A stretch of DNA of 63,828 bases, filler included, from Octopus bimaculoides (GCF_001194135.2; 6 parts of 6 records of this genome joined end to end with filler, not necessarily neighbours in it); one strand, 5' to 3'; shown: positions 48,545 through 61,705, counted from the whole stretch's first letter. Numbers and translations: made by a program. Notes: a model not told the origin generated them from the sequence alone.

Positions 48545-49595
48545 CACCTCGCTTAACAAGCGCGTAAATAAATCATCTTTAGAACGAGCTAGAAAAGATC
48601 TACCCAAATTCTTCTCTAGCTTAAACCTCACAAAACTAATGACTTTTTAGACGTAACTCAAAACTTAGAAACCTCCCAATACTCCCCTTATCACAAACCT
48701 AACTAATACCTTAAATACCTAAACATTCATTCCATTCACCACAAATCCACCTTTCATAACATAGTCAAGGGTATCTCGATCCATATATCTGACCTCTCTT
48801 CCACTGAGGAAATTTTCAATAACCACGCGCAATATTACAACCAAGCGCTCACTGCCAGCGGCTTCTCCCAACAAATAAAATACATCCCTAATACCGGGCT
48901 CAAACAACATATATCTCAAATCACATCGCAATGGTACACCAACAATCAGCATCACAACAGACCACATATTCCCTTTGAAAGAACCCCGGTGGAACTCACA
49001 TTAAGACAATCTAAGCCCCGCACGCACACATATGACACTAAGTCAAAAGCTTTTTCTCTCTCTCTCCTTTTTTTCTTCTTTCTTTTTCTCTCTTTCTTCC
49101 TCTCATTTTCTCTTCCTGTTTTACGTTTGACCTTTCTCTTCTTTCTAATCATACACATCTCTCCTCCTTCCATCTATCTATAATTACTAACAATACATTC
49201 TCAAATTTTCGTTCACTCTCCAAAACTATTTCGAACGAGCAACACTGATTCCACGGTTCCATGCTTTGAAATGACTAAAATATGAACTGCTACTGGAACT
49301 TACACACCATGCACAAGAAACTTTTTTTACCACTTCTATACACCATTTTACTCGAATAAGGGAACTGCAACTACAATACCTTTATATATCTTATTTCTAC
49401 TTTCATTCCCTTATTTCCCTCTCTATTCCCTGTCTTTTCCACAATAATTCGAACTCAAATATTTTCTCACGCAGTCCCTGATGAAGGGATATCCAGAATA
49501 TCCCAGAAATATCCCAGAAACAGCTGTAAGACTATTTCATTATAAATGTCCTGAAAACTCCTCTCAGCCTTGGATTTGTTATCTCATTCGGTCTA

Positions 49596-49597
<2 letters not shown>
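48545..49597 (+). mobile_element. Second Hydra-like PLE (RT C-terminus, deleted EN region, HHR tail)
   Basis: LERARKDLPKFFSSLNL / DFLDVTQNLETSQYSPYHKPN*YLKYLNIHSIH...ISDLSSTEEIFNNHAQYYNQALTASGF. Ends at (TG)n. Confidence 0.75.
49473..49533 (+). ncRNA. Type-I hammerhead ribozyme-like motif in PLE tail
   Basis: AGTCC-CTGATGA-A-GGGATA/TCCAGAA/TATCCC-A-GAAA[11-nt duplication]C-AGCT-GTA|AGACT. Confidence 0.6.
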
Positions 49598-49627
<30 letters not shown>

Positions 49628-49816
49628 TTGTGTGCGTGTGTCTATATATGTATATGTATACACACACATACACACACACAAATATATATATACTTATACA
49701 AGTATATATATAATATGAATATATATATCATATATATATATATAACTATATATATTATATATACACACACACGTGTATATATGAATCAATTTAATCCTCC
49801 AAGCGCTCACCATGGT

Positions 49817-50276
49817 AAAGAGCAAAAGACAACCCAAATATACGAAAAGTCTCCTAACACAAGCCCAAGTACACTCGACAACAACACTGAAGCCGTCAGT
49901 AAAAAAATGCTGAAGACCTAACTATGGAATATGCGCCAACCTAATTGAGGGATTGGACTTCTCTTTCAAACAGAATTAACGTTTTACAGTTAAAAACAAC
50001 TTCACATGTGCTTCAGAGAACCTAATATATGTATTAACTTGCTCTAGGGGTAGAGAGTAATACATAGGCCAAGCCAAAAGCTCTACATACATCCCAGATC
50101 AAAATTCGAGAATGCAGAAAAATATCATTCAGCGAACACATCGACATTTGCGCCACTAACAAACAACTCAGCTTCAGAACTTTACCCCTCGATAAATTCA
50201 GGGACAATGCAGCCTGCAGTCAGCGCATTAGCAAAGAGTAATATTTTATCACAAAATATAAGCTTCTTTTGAATGC
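49817..50276 (+). mobile_element. Neptune-like PLE linker + GIY-YIG endonuclease remnant
   Basis: KSKRQPKYTKSLLTQA...VKKC*RPNYGICANLIEG...FTVKNNFTCASENLIYVLTCSRGRE*YIGQ...SEHIDICA...RISKE*YFITKYKLLLN. Confidence 0.8.
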
Positions 50277-51197
50277 GTCCACCACACATGACACTATTAC
50301 AAGGGCCTTAGAATAATACCCATGCAAATATTAAAATACGATAAATTCAGAACAGTCACTATTCAGAACAATTCTAGTCACTACTATTACAACCACAACA
50401 GGTCACTTTTAGGTCACTTGACCATTTAAGAGGGCTCCACCAACATCTTACTACTGTCATACCATTGCCGCATTTTTATTATTCTTTCTCTTCTTCTTCT
50501 TCTTCTTCTTCTTCTTCTTCTTCTTCTTCTTCTTCTTCTTCTTCTTCTTCTTCTTCTTCTTCTTCTTCTTCTTCTTCTNNNNNNNNNNNNNNNNNNNNNN
50601 NNNNNNNNNNNNNNNNNNNNNNTTAATTAATTAANNNNNNNNNNNNNNNNNNNNNNNNNNNNNNNNNNNNNNNNNNNNATATATATATATATATATATAT
50701 ATAATATCATGCATACATATATGTAATTCTGCGTGTGTTTGAAAGGGTGTACATTTATCTTTCTGGGGACATGTCTCTCACTCTGTGTTTCTTTCTCTAT
50801 ATATCAATGTGTCTGTCTAGCTCCCTTTATATACATATACACATTAATAGATAAACACACACATATATACAAACATACATACATATACATTATAGATATA
50901 TGCATGATATTTATATATATAAACATACACACGCACTCACACACATTATATATATATATAAATATGTACACATACACGCTCACACACACATATATTTATA
51001 TAGAGGTACATACACACACAAATATATGCACAAATGTATATATGAGCCTATATACATACACAGTTATATAAACATAACCACATATTTATATTACATGTTT
51101 ATANNNNNNNNNNACATAACCACATATTTATATTACATGTTTATATGAATATATCTATATCTATCAATCTATATCTGTCTACATACATGCATATGCG

Positions 51198-51295
<98 letters not shown>

Positions 51296-52628
51296 TATAC
51301 ACACACACATAAATGTATACATATGTATATATATATATATACATACATATATATACACACGCACATATATATATAAACATGAAAAGACAGGCAATACACA
51401 CACAAACACATGCACGCATACACACATACACACATATAAAGGTAAGTTCCAAGGATCAAAGTGTAGGAATATTATAAGCTTCGAGCAGTCGGTAGGCAAT
51501 CCCTAATTTGGAATATATTTATGTGTGTGTGTGCGTGTGTGTGTGTGTATGTGTGAGTATATATATATGTGTGTGTGTATAAATAGAGATGTATATATAT
51601 ATATATATATTACATATATATTATATATGTTTATATATGTATATATATATTTNNNNNNNNNNNNNNNNNNNNNNNNNNNNNNNNNNNNNNNNNNNNNNNN
51701 NNNNNNNNNNNNNNNNNNNNNNNNNNNNNNNNNNNNNNNNNNNNNNNNNNNNNNNNNNNNNNNNNNNNNNNNNNNNNNNNNNNNNNNNNNNNNNNNNNNN
51801 NNNNNNNNNNNNNNNNNNNNNNNNNNNNNNNNNNNNNNNNNNNNNNNNNNNNNNNNNNNNNNNNNNNNNNNNNNNNNNNNNNNNNNNNNNNNNNNNNNNN
51901 NNNNNNNNNNNNNNNNNNNNNNNNNNNNNNNNNNNNNNNNNNNNNNNNNNNNNNNNNNNNNNNNNNNNNNNNNNNNNNNNNNNNNNNNNNNNNNNNNNNN
52001 NNNNNNNNNNNNNNNNNNNNNNNNNNNNNNNNNNNNNNNNNNNNNNNNNNNNNNNNNNNNNNNNNNNNNNNNNNNNNNNNNNNNNNNNNNNNNNNNNNNN
52101 NNNNNNNNNNNNNNNNNNNNNNNNNNNNNNNNNNNNNNNNNNNNNNNNNNNNNNNNNNNNNNNNNNNNNNNNNNNNNNNNNNNNNNNNNNNNNNNNNNNN
52201 NNNNNNNNNNNNNNNNNNNNNNNNNNNNNNNNNNNNNNNNNNNNNNNNNNNNNNNNNNNNNNNNNNNNNNNNNNNNNNNNNNNNNNNNNNNNNNNNNNNN
52301 NNNNNNNNNNNNNNNNNNNNNNNNNNNNNNNNNNNNNNNNNNNNNNNNNNNNNNNNNNNNNNNNNNNNNNNNNNNNNNNNNNNNNNNNNNNNNNNNNNNN
52401 NNNNNNNNNNNNNNNNNNNNNNNNNNNNNNNNNNNNNNNNNNNNNNNNNNNNNNNNNNNNNNNNNNNNNNNNNNNNNNNNNNNNNNNNNNNNNNNNNNNN
52501 NNNNNNNNNNNNNNNNNNNNNNNNNNNNNNNNNNNNNNNNNNNNNNNNNNNNNNNNNNNNNNNNNNNNNNNNNNNNNNNNNNNNNNNNNNNNNNNNNNNN
52601 NNNNNNNNNATATATATATGTATATATA

Positions 52629-52674
<46 letters not shown>

Positions 52675-53260
52675 CATATATATACTTGCATACATATATA
52701 TATATACATATATATGAAGTGGAGCAGTAACCGGAAGGTCAGTAGTTCGCATCCTGTGCTTTAGTTATCAAAAGTGAGTCATATCTTTGCATCGTTACTT
52801 CAACAACGTTTATAGTTTGAGTGGAAAAGGAAAAAAAATTAAAATATATTAGATGGTTACTTGGAATTTTTGTTGTGTGAGCACCAACAATTATCTCATC
52901 AGGAACACCATCGTTCTGTTTTATAGTTGAATATGGAACAAATATACATATATACGTTTATACATACTGACATACATACCTCATTATGTACACAAATACA
53001 AACACAATGTGATATATATGGTATTATATTTACATATCTAACATCTCTATATCTATCTCTTTCTCTATCTATCTATTTATCTATATAAATCTGTCTGCTA
53101 ATCTTTGTCAGTCTCTCTCACTGTTGCTATACATACATATCCACATATATACATATATATNNNNNNNNNNNNNNNNNNNNNNNNNNNNNNNNNNNNNNNN
53201 NNNNTTAATTAATTAANNNNNNNNNNNNNNNNNNNNNNNNNNNNNNNNNNNNNNNNNNNN

Positions 53261-53305
<45 letters not shown>

Positions 53306-53489
53306 TATATATATATATACATATGTACGTGTGTGTATATATGTATATAAACATATGAACATACACATATGTACATATTCATGTATATATACATATATAT
53401 ATACATCCTTAAACAGACATATATGCATATATATATGTGTGTGTGTGTATATACATTTTATATATATATATGTATGTGCGTGTATTCAT

Positions 53490-53520
<31 letters not shown>

Positions 53521-54635
53521 ATGTTTGTGTGTGTGTGTGTATTTATGTATACACTTGTGTGTTTGTTCGCGCGTATTCGTAGGTATGCCTTTATAAAATA
53601 AAGAACAACACCGTGCAAGACATAATCCAGTACCAAATTGTAGAATGAAATTATTTGATGCGTGCACGTTATCTCTTTGTTTTACTTAAATCATCGGTGT
53701 GGTGCATATGATCGTGAAATTGTTTCCTTGATTGAAACGTCTGCCTATTTACCTGGGATGTTTGATCAGGAGCTTACTAATATCCCTTGATATCTTGTTG
53801 ACTTCTACATTTGATTTTGTTCATGTATATAAATACTGTGGCCGGCTAGCCAGGTTGCCAGCTTGCCCGAAGGCAAGTGGGCCCTTGCGCCATTAGGATC
53901 CATATATGGGTCTCATGTTAGTATCTAAGGGGCCCGTCTTCTCAAGTTTGAGAATTTTTTATTCACTCCTGGAAGAATGCATTAATTATTTCAGCCTGGG
54001 TGTTTTTATAGAGTTGAAAAAAATTCTTTTAACAAAAAGAAAAAAAATTGAATGATAGCATTTTATTTTTTNNNNNNNNNNNNNNNNNNNNNNNNNNNNN
54101 NNNNNNNNNNNNNNNNNNNNNNNNNNNNNNNNNNNNNNNNNNNNNNNNNNNNNNNNNNNNNNNNNNNNNNNNNNNNNNNNNNNNNNNNNNNNNNNNNNNN
54201 NNNNNNNNNNNNNNNNNNNNNNNNNNNNNNNNNNNNNNNNNNNNNNNNNNNNNNNNNNNNNNNNNNNNNNNNNNNNNNNNNNNNNNNNNNNNNNNNNNNN
54301 NNNNNNNNNNNNNNNNNNNNNNNNNNNNNNNNNNNNNNNNNNNNNNNNNNNNNNNNNNNNNNNNNNNNNNNNNNNNNNNNNNNNNNNNNNNNNNNNNNNN
54401 NNNNNNNNNNNNNNNNNNNNNNNNNNNNNNNNNNNNNNNNNNNNNNNNNNNNNNNNNNNNNNNNNNNNNNNNNNNNNNNNNNNNNNNNNNNNNNNNNNNN
54501 NNNNNNNNNNNNNNNNNNNNNNNNNNNNNNNNNNNNNNNNNNNNNNNNNNNNNNNNNNNNNNNNNNNNNNNNNNNNATATATATATATATATATAAGGTA
54601 AAAAATATTTTAGTGGGGAAACAAACATACGTGGT

Positions 54636-54972
54636 GGATATAAAAAGAGAAAGAGATGAAAAACATAGATTTGTTTTACTGCATCTAAGAGTATATTAGA
54701 GCCATGATAATAAAGATATACAATTTTGTATAAAATAAGGTTTTGTTCTTTCAACATAATTAAAGAAAGGACCGGTTTCGCATTGCTCATCAAACAGATT
54801 TGAAAGCGATAAATTGCTAGAGCGAAACCAGTCCTTACTTTAATTGTCTTGAAAGAACAAAACCTTATTTCGTACAAGATTGTATATCTTTATTATCATG
54901 GCCCCTAATATACTCTTAAATGCTGTAAAACAAATCTGTGCTCTTTCATCTTTTCTCTTTCTCTATCTATCC
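54636..54972. repeat. Fold-back element, ~145-bp imperfect inverted arms, ~40-bp spacer
   Basis: 54636-54781 is the reverse complement of 54822-54972 with scattered mismatches. Confidence 0.85.
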
Positions 54973-55136
54973 ATATATACATACATATCATCGTTTAACA
55001 TCCATCTTCCATGCATGCTATATATTTATATATATATATATATGGTTAGAAATCATTCGAAATATATAAAACAGTGACAGGTGAGGAAACAACAATCAAA
55101 ATGTATTAGTTTAACGCTCAATAAAAATGGAAGAGC

Positions 55137-55172
55137 CTTTGACGTTTCGAGTTTACGCTCTTCTACGGTAAG
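55137..55172 (-). ncRNA. Divergent-core hammerhead-like motif (family shared with 61150)
   Basis: CTTA-CCGTAGA-A-GAGC/GTAA/ACTC-GAAAC-GTC|AAAG. Confidence 0.35.
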
Positions 55173-55412
55173 AAATGAGGAGAGAAAACAGATGAAGAGA
55201 AGTAAAAAGGTGGTGGGGAGAAAGAACTGTGAGAAAAAAAAGACACGTGTGTTTATACAGAAATGTTTGTTTTCGTGTTCAGTTATAATAAAAACAATTT
55301 TACATGAATCTGAAGGATAACTTTGTACTTTTGTAGAATACGAATTTATTATTCTTTTACAAGAATAGTATAGACGATGAATTCGAAGCTTCGGCTAGCT
55401 AAGCTATCATCG

Positions 55413-55459
55413 GACTCTCTGACCATGGCCTTTCTAGCCGAAACTTCGAAGTCAAAGTC
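55413..55459 (+). ncRNA. Type-I hammerhead-like motif with 10-bp palindromic stem III
   Basis: GACTCT-CTGACCA-T-GGC/CTTTCTA/GCC-GAAA-CTTCGAA-GTC|AAAGTC. G8>C change. ACTTCGAAGT is self-complementary. Confidence 0.55.
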
Positions 55460-56959
55460 AATACTATTCTTGTTAAAGATATATGTATGTATGTGTGTGT
55501 ATGTGTGTGCTTCAAGTTTCAAGCGTGACGCTAATCTTCGGCCTTACGAGTTTATACACACATACACATACATGAATATATGTGTATGTATACGTATGTG
55601 TATATATTTATATATATGTGTGTGTGTGTGTTTGTATGTATGTATGTATATATATGTGAGTGTGTGTGTTTGATTATACATACATATTACATATATATGC
55701 GTATGTATGTATGTATGTATGTATATGTATATATATATGTATTTATATATTACATATATGTGAGTGCATGTATTATGCATACATGTACACTTGCAAAGCA
55801 TTCAGCTAGATACTCAAATACAAATGCATCGATATGTGTGTGTGTGTGTGCGTACGCGTGAGTGTGTTAGAATTTGTGCGACTGTGTGCATGTTTACGTG
55901 TGCGTGTGTGTGTGTGTGTGTGCATGAGTGCGTGTGCTCATGTGTCTGCTGCAAGGTATGCGAGTATGCATTTATATGTCTTCTTTGACGCCATGTTTGT
56001 CTTTGCTATACGAATTTATCGAATAAGGAAGGTGACTGACTTTATTACTAATTAGGTGTAAATTACTATTTAAAAAGAAATGGGATGACGTAAAAAAGTT
56101 TAAGTTGGTACCGACGTATGTGAGAACATAAAGAGATTAATTCTGCCTACCTATTCAATCAATTCGTTTGATCTTTGAAGATCGATATGCTTCCAGTGTG
56201 AAAAGGTTACAGAAAATATTTGATTGCATATAAATTGGTGCTTTATCTAAGAATCGCCATTTAATGATATGAGTTATACCGCTGATTTAAAATAAAAACA
56301 CATATATGTGCTACTAGTTTGTGTCTAATCGTTGTAATGATCTAAATGTATAATTACGTTGATAGAATCTGTTCTTAAATTGATTTGAACTTATAAAAGC
56401 AATTCCGCTTTGGTTAATAGTAGAAAGTGACATTGTATGCATTTAGAACTGCTTTTTCCAAGCGGTTTCTATCGGCTGGTCGTACACTTTGAGAATGACA
56501 ATTGTTTTTTTGTTTTTTTTTTCATTTTCAATTGGTTGCGTTCTTATGATTCAATTTATTTATTCTATTTATTCTTTTCTTATTATAAATTGTTGGTTTT
56601 ATTAATGAAGACGTTTTTATCGAGGCATTTCACTATTACAGTGAAGCTCACAGCAGAAGTAGCTATATTTTAAAAGTAAAAATATAATGCGAATACAGTA
56701 TTAATACACGTTAAAAGTAAAAGACGCGCGCAAAGTAGTATGATCTGTTATTTAATTTCCAAATTCTAATCCCGATAACTAAATATTCCTTTAAACAATT
56801 ACAAAAGCATTTTCCCCTAATATGATATATATAAACACAGACACACACACACACATCCCCGTAAGGGATTGTTAAAAAGTAATCCGGATGCCAACTGGGT
56901 TTAAACCAAATATATAGACTTCTTTTATTGACTTTTTATATATACATATATATATATAT

Positions 56960-57333
56960 TTCTTTTACTTTCTTTCTTTTATATGTTTCAGTCGTATGAC
57001 TGCGGCCATGTTGGAGCACCGCCTTAAAGGGTTTTTTTAGTCGAAGAAATTGACCCCAGGATTTTGTAAGCTTGGTACTTATTCTAAAGGGGCCTTTTGC
57101 CGAACCGCTAAGTTACGGGAACGTAAACACATCAACATCGGTTGTCAAGCGATGGTTGTTGAAGACGAACACAGACGAGCTTCTTTCAGTTTCCGTCTAC
57201 CAAATCCACTCACAAGGCTTTGGTCGGTTTGAGGCTAAAGTAGAAGACACTTGGCCAAGGTGCCACGCAGTGAGACTGAACCTCGAACCACGTGGTTTGG
57301 AAGCAAGCTTCTTACCACACAACCACGCCTGCC
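56960..57333 (-). mobile_element. SINE family A
   Basis: Colinear with 10574-10971. Confidence 0.85.
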
Positions 57334-57443
57334 TAATATATATNNNNNNNNNNNNNNNNNNNNNNNNNNNNNNNNNNNNNNNNNNNNTTAATTAATTAAN
57401 NNNNNNNNNNNNNNNNNNNNNNNNNNNNNNNNNNNNNNNNNNN

Positions 57444-57490
<47 letters not shown>

Positions 57491-57509
57491 GTATACATGG
57501 TACTTCTTA

Positions 57510-57740
57510 TATTGGTCTGTTTTACCAAACTGCTAAGTTATGGGTATGGAAACAAAATATACATTTATATATATGCAGACCATGGGTTTCTTTCAGTTTC
57601 TGACTACCTAATCCACTCACAAAGCTTTGGTTGGTCAGAGGCTATAGTAGAAGACACTCACACAAAGTACCATGCAGTGGGGCTGAACTGGGAACCATGT
57701 GAATGGGAAGCTAGTTTCTTAACCACACAACCTATGCACA
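57510..57740 (-). mobile_element. SINE family A, partial
   Basis: ATCCACTCACAAAGCTTTGGTTGGTCAGAGGCTATAGTAGAAGACAC... Confidence 0.7.
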
Positions 57741-57893
57741 TACACTGAAACCCATATAAGTTGACAGATATAAAGGGATCTCTGTATGTAAGCATGTACA
57801 TATCTGTCAATCTCTCTCTCTCTCTCTCTCTATTTGTCTACCTGTCTACAGGCTGATCGATAGACAGACAGACAGATAGACAGACAGATAGAT

Positions 57894-58552
57894 GAGGGAA
57901 CCTGTGGAAGAAGCAGGCCCAGGAAGACCTGCGATGAGGTGGTGAAGCACGGCCTCTGAACATTAGGCCTCACCAAGGCAATGACTTCTGACCGAGACCT
58001 TTCGAAATATGTTGTGCGTGAGAAGACCCGGCAAGCCAAGTGAGACCAAAATCCAAGGCCTCTGCCAGGGATGTAGCCAGCCCACTTATGTGTACCTTTC
58101 CTTCATTGGACACTAAATTCCACTTGCGAAGAACTGTTGGGGCAAGCGAAAGCGAAATCGTGATGGCACCTGTACCAGTGGAGCACTAAGAGCTCGTTCG
58201 AGCGTGATCGTTGCCAGAGCAGCAGTCTGGCTTCTGTACCGGTGGCATGTAAATAGCACCATTTGAACGTGATCGTTACCAGCGTCGTGTTCCTGGCACT
58301 TGTGCCGGTGGCATGTGAAATACACCATTTTGAGCATGGCCGTTGCCAGTACTGCCTGACTGGCCTTCGTGCTAGTGGCATGTAAAAGCACCCACTACAC
58401 TCTCGGAGTGGTTGGCATGAGGAAGGGCATCCAGCTGTAGAAACTCTGCCAAATCAGATTGGAGCCTGGTGTAGCCATCTGGTTCACCAGTCCTTAGTCA
58501 AATCATCCAACCCATGCTAGCATGGAAAGTGGACGTTAAATGATGATGATGA
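57894..58552 (+). mobile_element. 5'-truncated RTE LINE: ORF2 end + complete 3'UTR + (ATG)n
   Basis: 57894-58045 matches 6015-6165. It continues through the 3'UTR into the tail seen at 3554, 13200, 25030 and 61470. Confidence 0.9.
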
Positions 58553-58992
58553 TAGATAGATACTGTGAAAAGGAGCTAAGAGAAAATAGCCCAAAGGGGT
58601 TAGCGGCATGAACTTGAATAACAATGTCAATGAAAAGTGTACTAAATGTCATACATGGTGACTTCTTAAGGTATAAAAATTCCCCTCTCACATAGAGAAA
58701 GAACAAGAAAATCCATAGATAATTGCTAGCATCTTTTAATGAGAAATAAGAAATTCTTAGTTGAATTAACAAATCTTTAGTAATAGGACTTGCACTTTGT
58801 TTTGAAGATAAGGACAGCTCCAGGTGGCTTTTGGTCTTGACTTGGATGTATTGGATGAGTTCTTTGGGCATACATGAAATTCATGTATATGCTAAATGGT
58901 CCATATTCCATATCTGTTGAGCGACAAATATGGAAGAGAAAGTATAGTTTATTAAACACAATATTATTGCTGTTAGCACTCCGTCACTTACA

Positions 58993-59297
58993 ACATCGAG
59001 TGGCTGAGCAATCCACAGACACGTGTACCCCTAACGTAGTTCTTGGGGATATTCAGCATGACACAGTGTCACAAGGCTGGCCCTTTGAAATACAGGTACA
59101 ACAAAACAAGAAGAAAGAGTGAGAGAAAGTTGTGGTGCAAGAGTACAGCAGGGTTCGCCACCATCCCCTGTCAGAGCCACGTGGAGCTTTAGGTGTTTTC
59201 GCTCAATAAACACTCACAACGCCCGGTCTGGGAATCGAAACCGTGATCCTATGACTGCTAGTCCGCTGCCCTAACCACTGGGCCATTGCGCCTCCAC
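58993..59297 (-). mobile_element. SINE family C, 3'-truncated
   Basis: Highly similar to 24565-24847. Confidence 0.9.
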
Positions 59298-59725
59298 TAA
59301 ACACAATATATCAGACAGTTATAGTACATATCTCATTACCTATTTATAGAAATGCTTCTCCCGACTGGTCAGCTCCTGTCAAACCATGCAATCCATGTCA
59401 GTATGGAAGGTAAGACATCTATACACAAATCTAGGCAAGTTGTTCTTTATAATCCCTCTCACAACTAGAATCAAATGTCCGGATTTGAGAGACAAAAGTA
59501 TTTTTAAAAGCTGTTTCGAACTATTTGTTCAAAGCTTAGATATCTGTTTTTCAGTTTTTAAAAGTTATTCAGCAATTTAAAGTCAAGTTTACATAAGCAT
59601 ATCAATTCACAACCTCCTACTAGTAAAAACCAACTTCATTATTATACATTTCAACATAATATTGTATCTATCAGTTTAAGTGTAATTCTCTCTGTCTCCC
59701 TATTTCCATCTCTCTTTCTCCATCC

Positions 59726-59790
<65 letters not shown>

Positions 59791-60560
59791 TCTCTCACTC
59801 AGTTTCATTACTAGATCCTTTAGCATGAAATCCTTGATAATTTTCTCTCTCTAGTGCAGTCGTACTTGACCTTGCAGTTATTATACAGAGCTTCCAATTT
59901 AATTTCTATTTTTGCTTCCCTTCAGAATTTCTAAACTGTAAACATAAGCTTCTGCGAGAAATAGGTTCATAAACTCGTTTTCCTTTTCTTTTTTTCTTTT
60001 TTTCTTTTTTTTTTAATTGCATCATTTAGTACTATTCCATATTGCTTTTCCTTTTGGTATCATATTTTATATATATAAAAAAAAAAATAAAGAATACAGT
60101 ATAATAATGATAATAATAATGAAGATGATGATGATGAATACGATGATGGTAATGATAATAAATAATAATAATAATATTAATAATAAAAACAAAACAACAA
60201 AAACAACAACAATAATAAAATGTTAATAATGATAATAATATGATACACATTTTTGTCAAAATATTCGTGAAGCAAGGCAATGGTTTTGCTGGTGAAAACC
60301 TAGCAGACACTATAAACTCTAGAGAACTAATAAAGGATTTGGTTATGTGCAAAAAAGATTTCTTTTTTTTTTTATAACTTTGTTTATTGTGTTTGTTGGT
60401 TTGTTTTAAAGATTCTTTTCTGTACTACTAATCTTAATGACATGGGATAATGAATAACGATATTTTTAGAGTTCTACCACTGCCTCAGAAAGAAAGGTAA
60501 AAAGAAAAAAAAATGAAAGAAAGACAGAAAGAAAGAATGGAAGGTAGACAGACAGAGTGA

Positions 60561-60620
<60 letters not shown>

Positions 60621-61149
60621 AAATAACAACTGGAGATTATTCAGCACTCAACAAAAATATTCCAAAGTTATCCAGATACCGTTATAAAACTATTGGTCAA
60701 CCATTCTTATAGCAACTAATTAAAGAAGAATACAAACACTCCCATATACTCCCATGCATACATATACACACATTCACATATTTGCACACACGTGCACACA
60801 TGCGTACATGTGTATAGGCATGTACACACGTTAAACATTGTTAAATATGTGAGTGTTACTTTGGGTTCTTCAGAATCTATTGTTAAGTCACAATATTAAT
60901 AAGAAGTTTGTCATGCTTTCATCGGACTATTAAATTCATATACCAAGTTTCAATTGACTTTATGTCTAACTGGTTTAATGTGTAATGTGTGTGTGTGTGT
61001 GTCTGTGTGTGAATGTGTGCATATATGTATGTATGCATGTGTGTGTGAATGTGTGCATATATGTATGTATGCATGTGTGTGTGTATGTGTCTCCTTTTTT
61101 TTTCTCTCCTTTTTTTCTCTCCTTGTTTCTCTCCTTTCTTTCTGCGTTC

Positions 61150-61185
61150 CTTTCTGTGGGAGAGCGTAGGCTTGAAACGTTAAAG
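61150..61185 (+). ncRNA. Divergent-core hammerhead-like motif
   Basis: CTTT-CTGTGGG-A-GAGC/GTAG/GCTT-GAAAC-GTT|AAAG. Downstream GAGCATTATACTAGTACAT is homologous to the 55137 copy. Confidence 0.35.
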
Positions 61186-61466
61186 TCTTTTTCAATTCCC
61201 GAGCATTATACTAGTACATCTATTTGTTTTCTACACTACCTGTCTTCGTCTGTAGTTTTTTTGTGAATTTTTTGTGTATATATATATACATATATATCGA
61301 TACATAGATATATATTTATGAATGTATGCATATATGATTGTAGTTGTGCATGTGTGTATATATTATTATGTGAAGCTGAACCAAAACCAAAAATAACCAA
61401 AAACCCATCTCAGTTATCTAAGTTGTCTATGTGTGTATTTGTGAGTGTGTGTATGTATATTTGAGT

Positions 61467-61469
<3 letters not shown>

Positions 61470-61501
<32 letters not shown>

Positions 61502-61705
61502 TTAACGTCCGTGTTCCATGCTAGCATAGTACCACAAGAACTGGCCAGGCCGAAGCCTGCACGGGACTTCTGTGATTGTTTTGGCCGGATTTTTACAGCT
61601 GGATGCTCTTCCTAACACCAATCACTCAGCAGAGTGGACTTAGTGCTTTTTATGTGGCACAAGCACAGGCGAGGTCAGTTTTGGCAAGGATTTTACAGCT
61701 GGATG
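61470..61705 (-). mobile_element. RTE-tail / related SINE with (ATC)n
   Basis: (ATC)n TTTAACGTCCGTGTTCCATGCTAGC...TTTTACAGCTGGATGCTCTTCCTAACACCAATCAC. Confidence 0.75.

Noticed and set aside
51074-51145. ~32-bp direct repeat ACATAACCACATATTTATATTACATGTTTATA
   Set aside because: It flanks a 10-N gap, so it is an unmerged contig overlap.
53855-53885. CTTGCC-CGAA-GGCAAG hairpin as a Helitron 3' end
   Set aside because: No downstream CTRR terminus or matching 5' TC.
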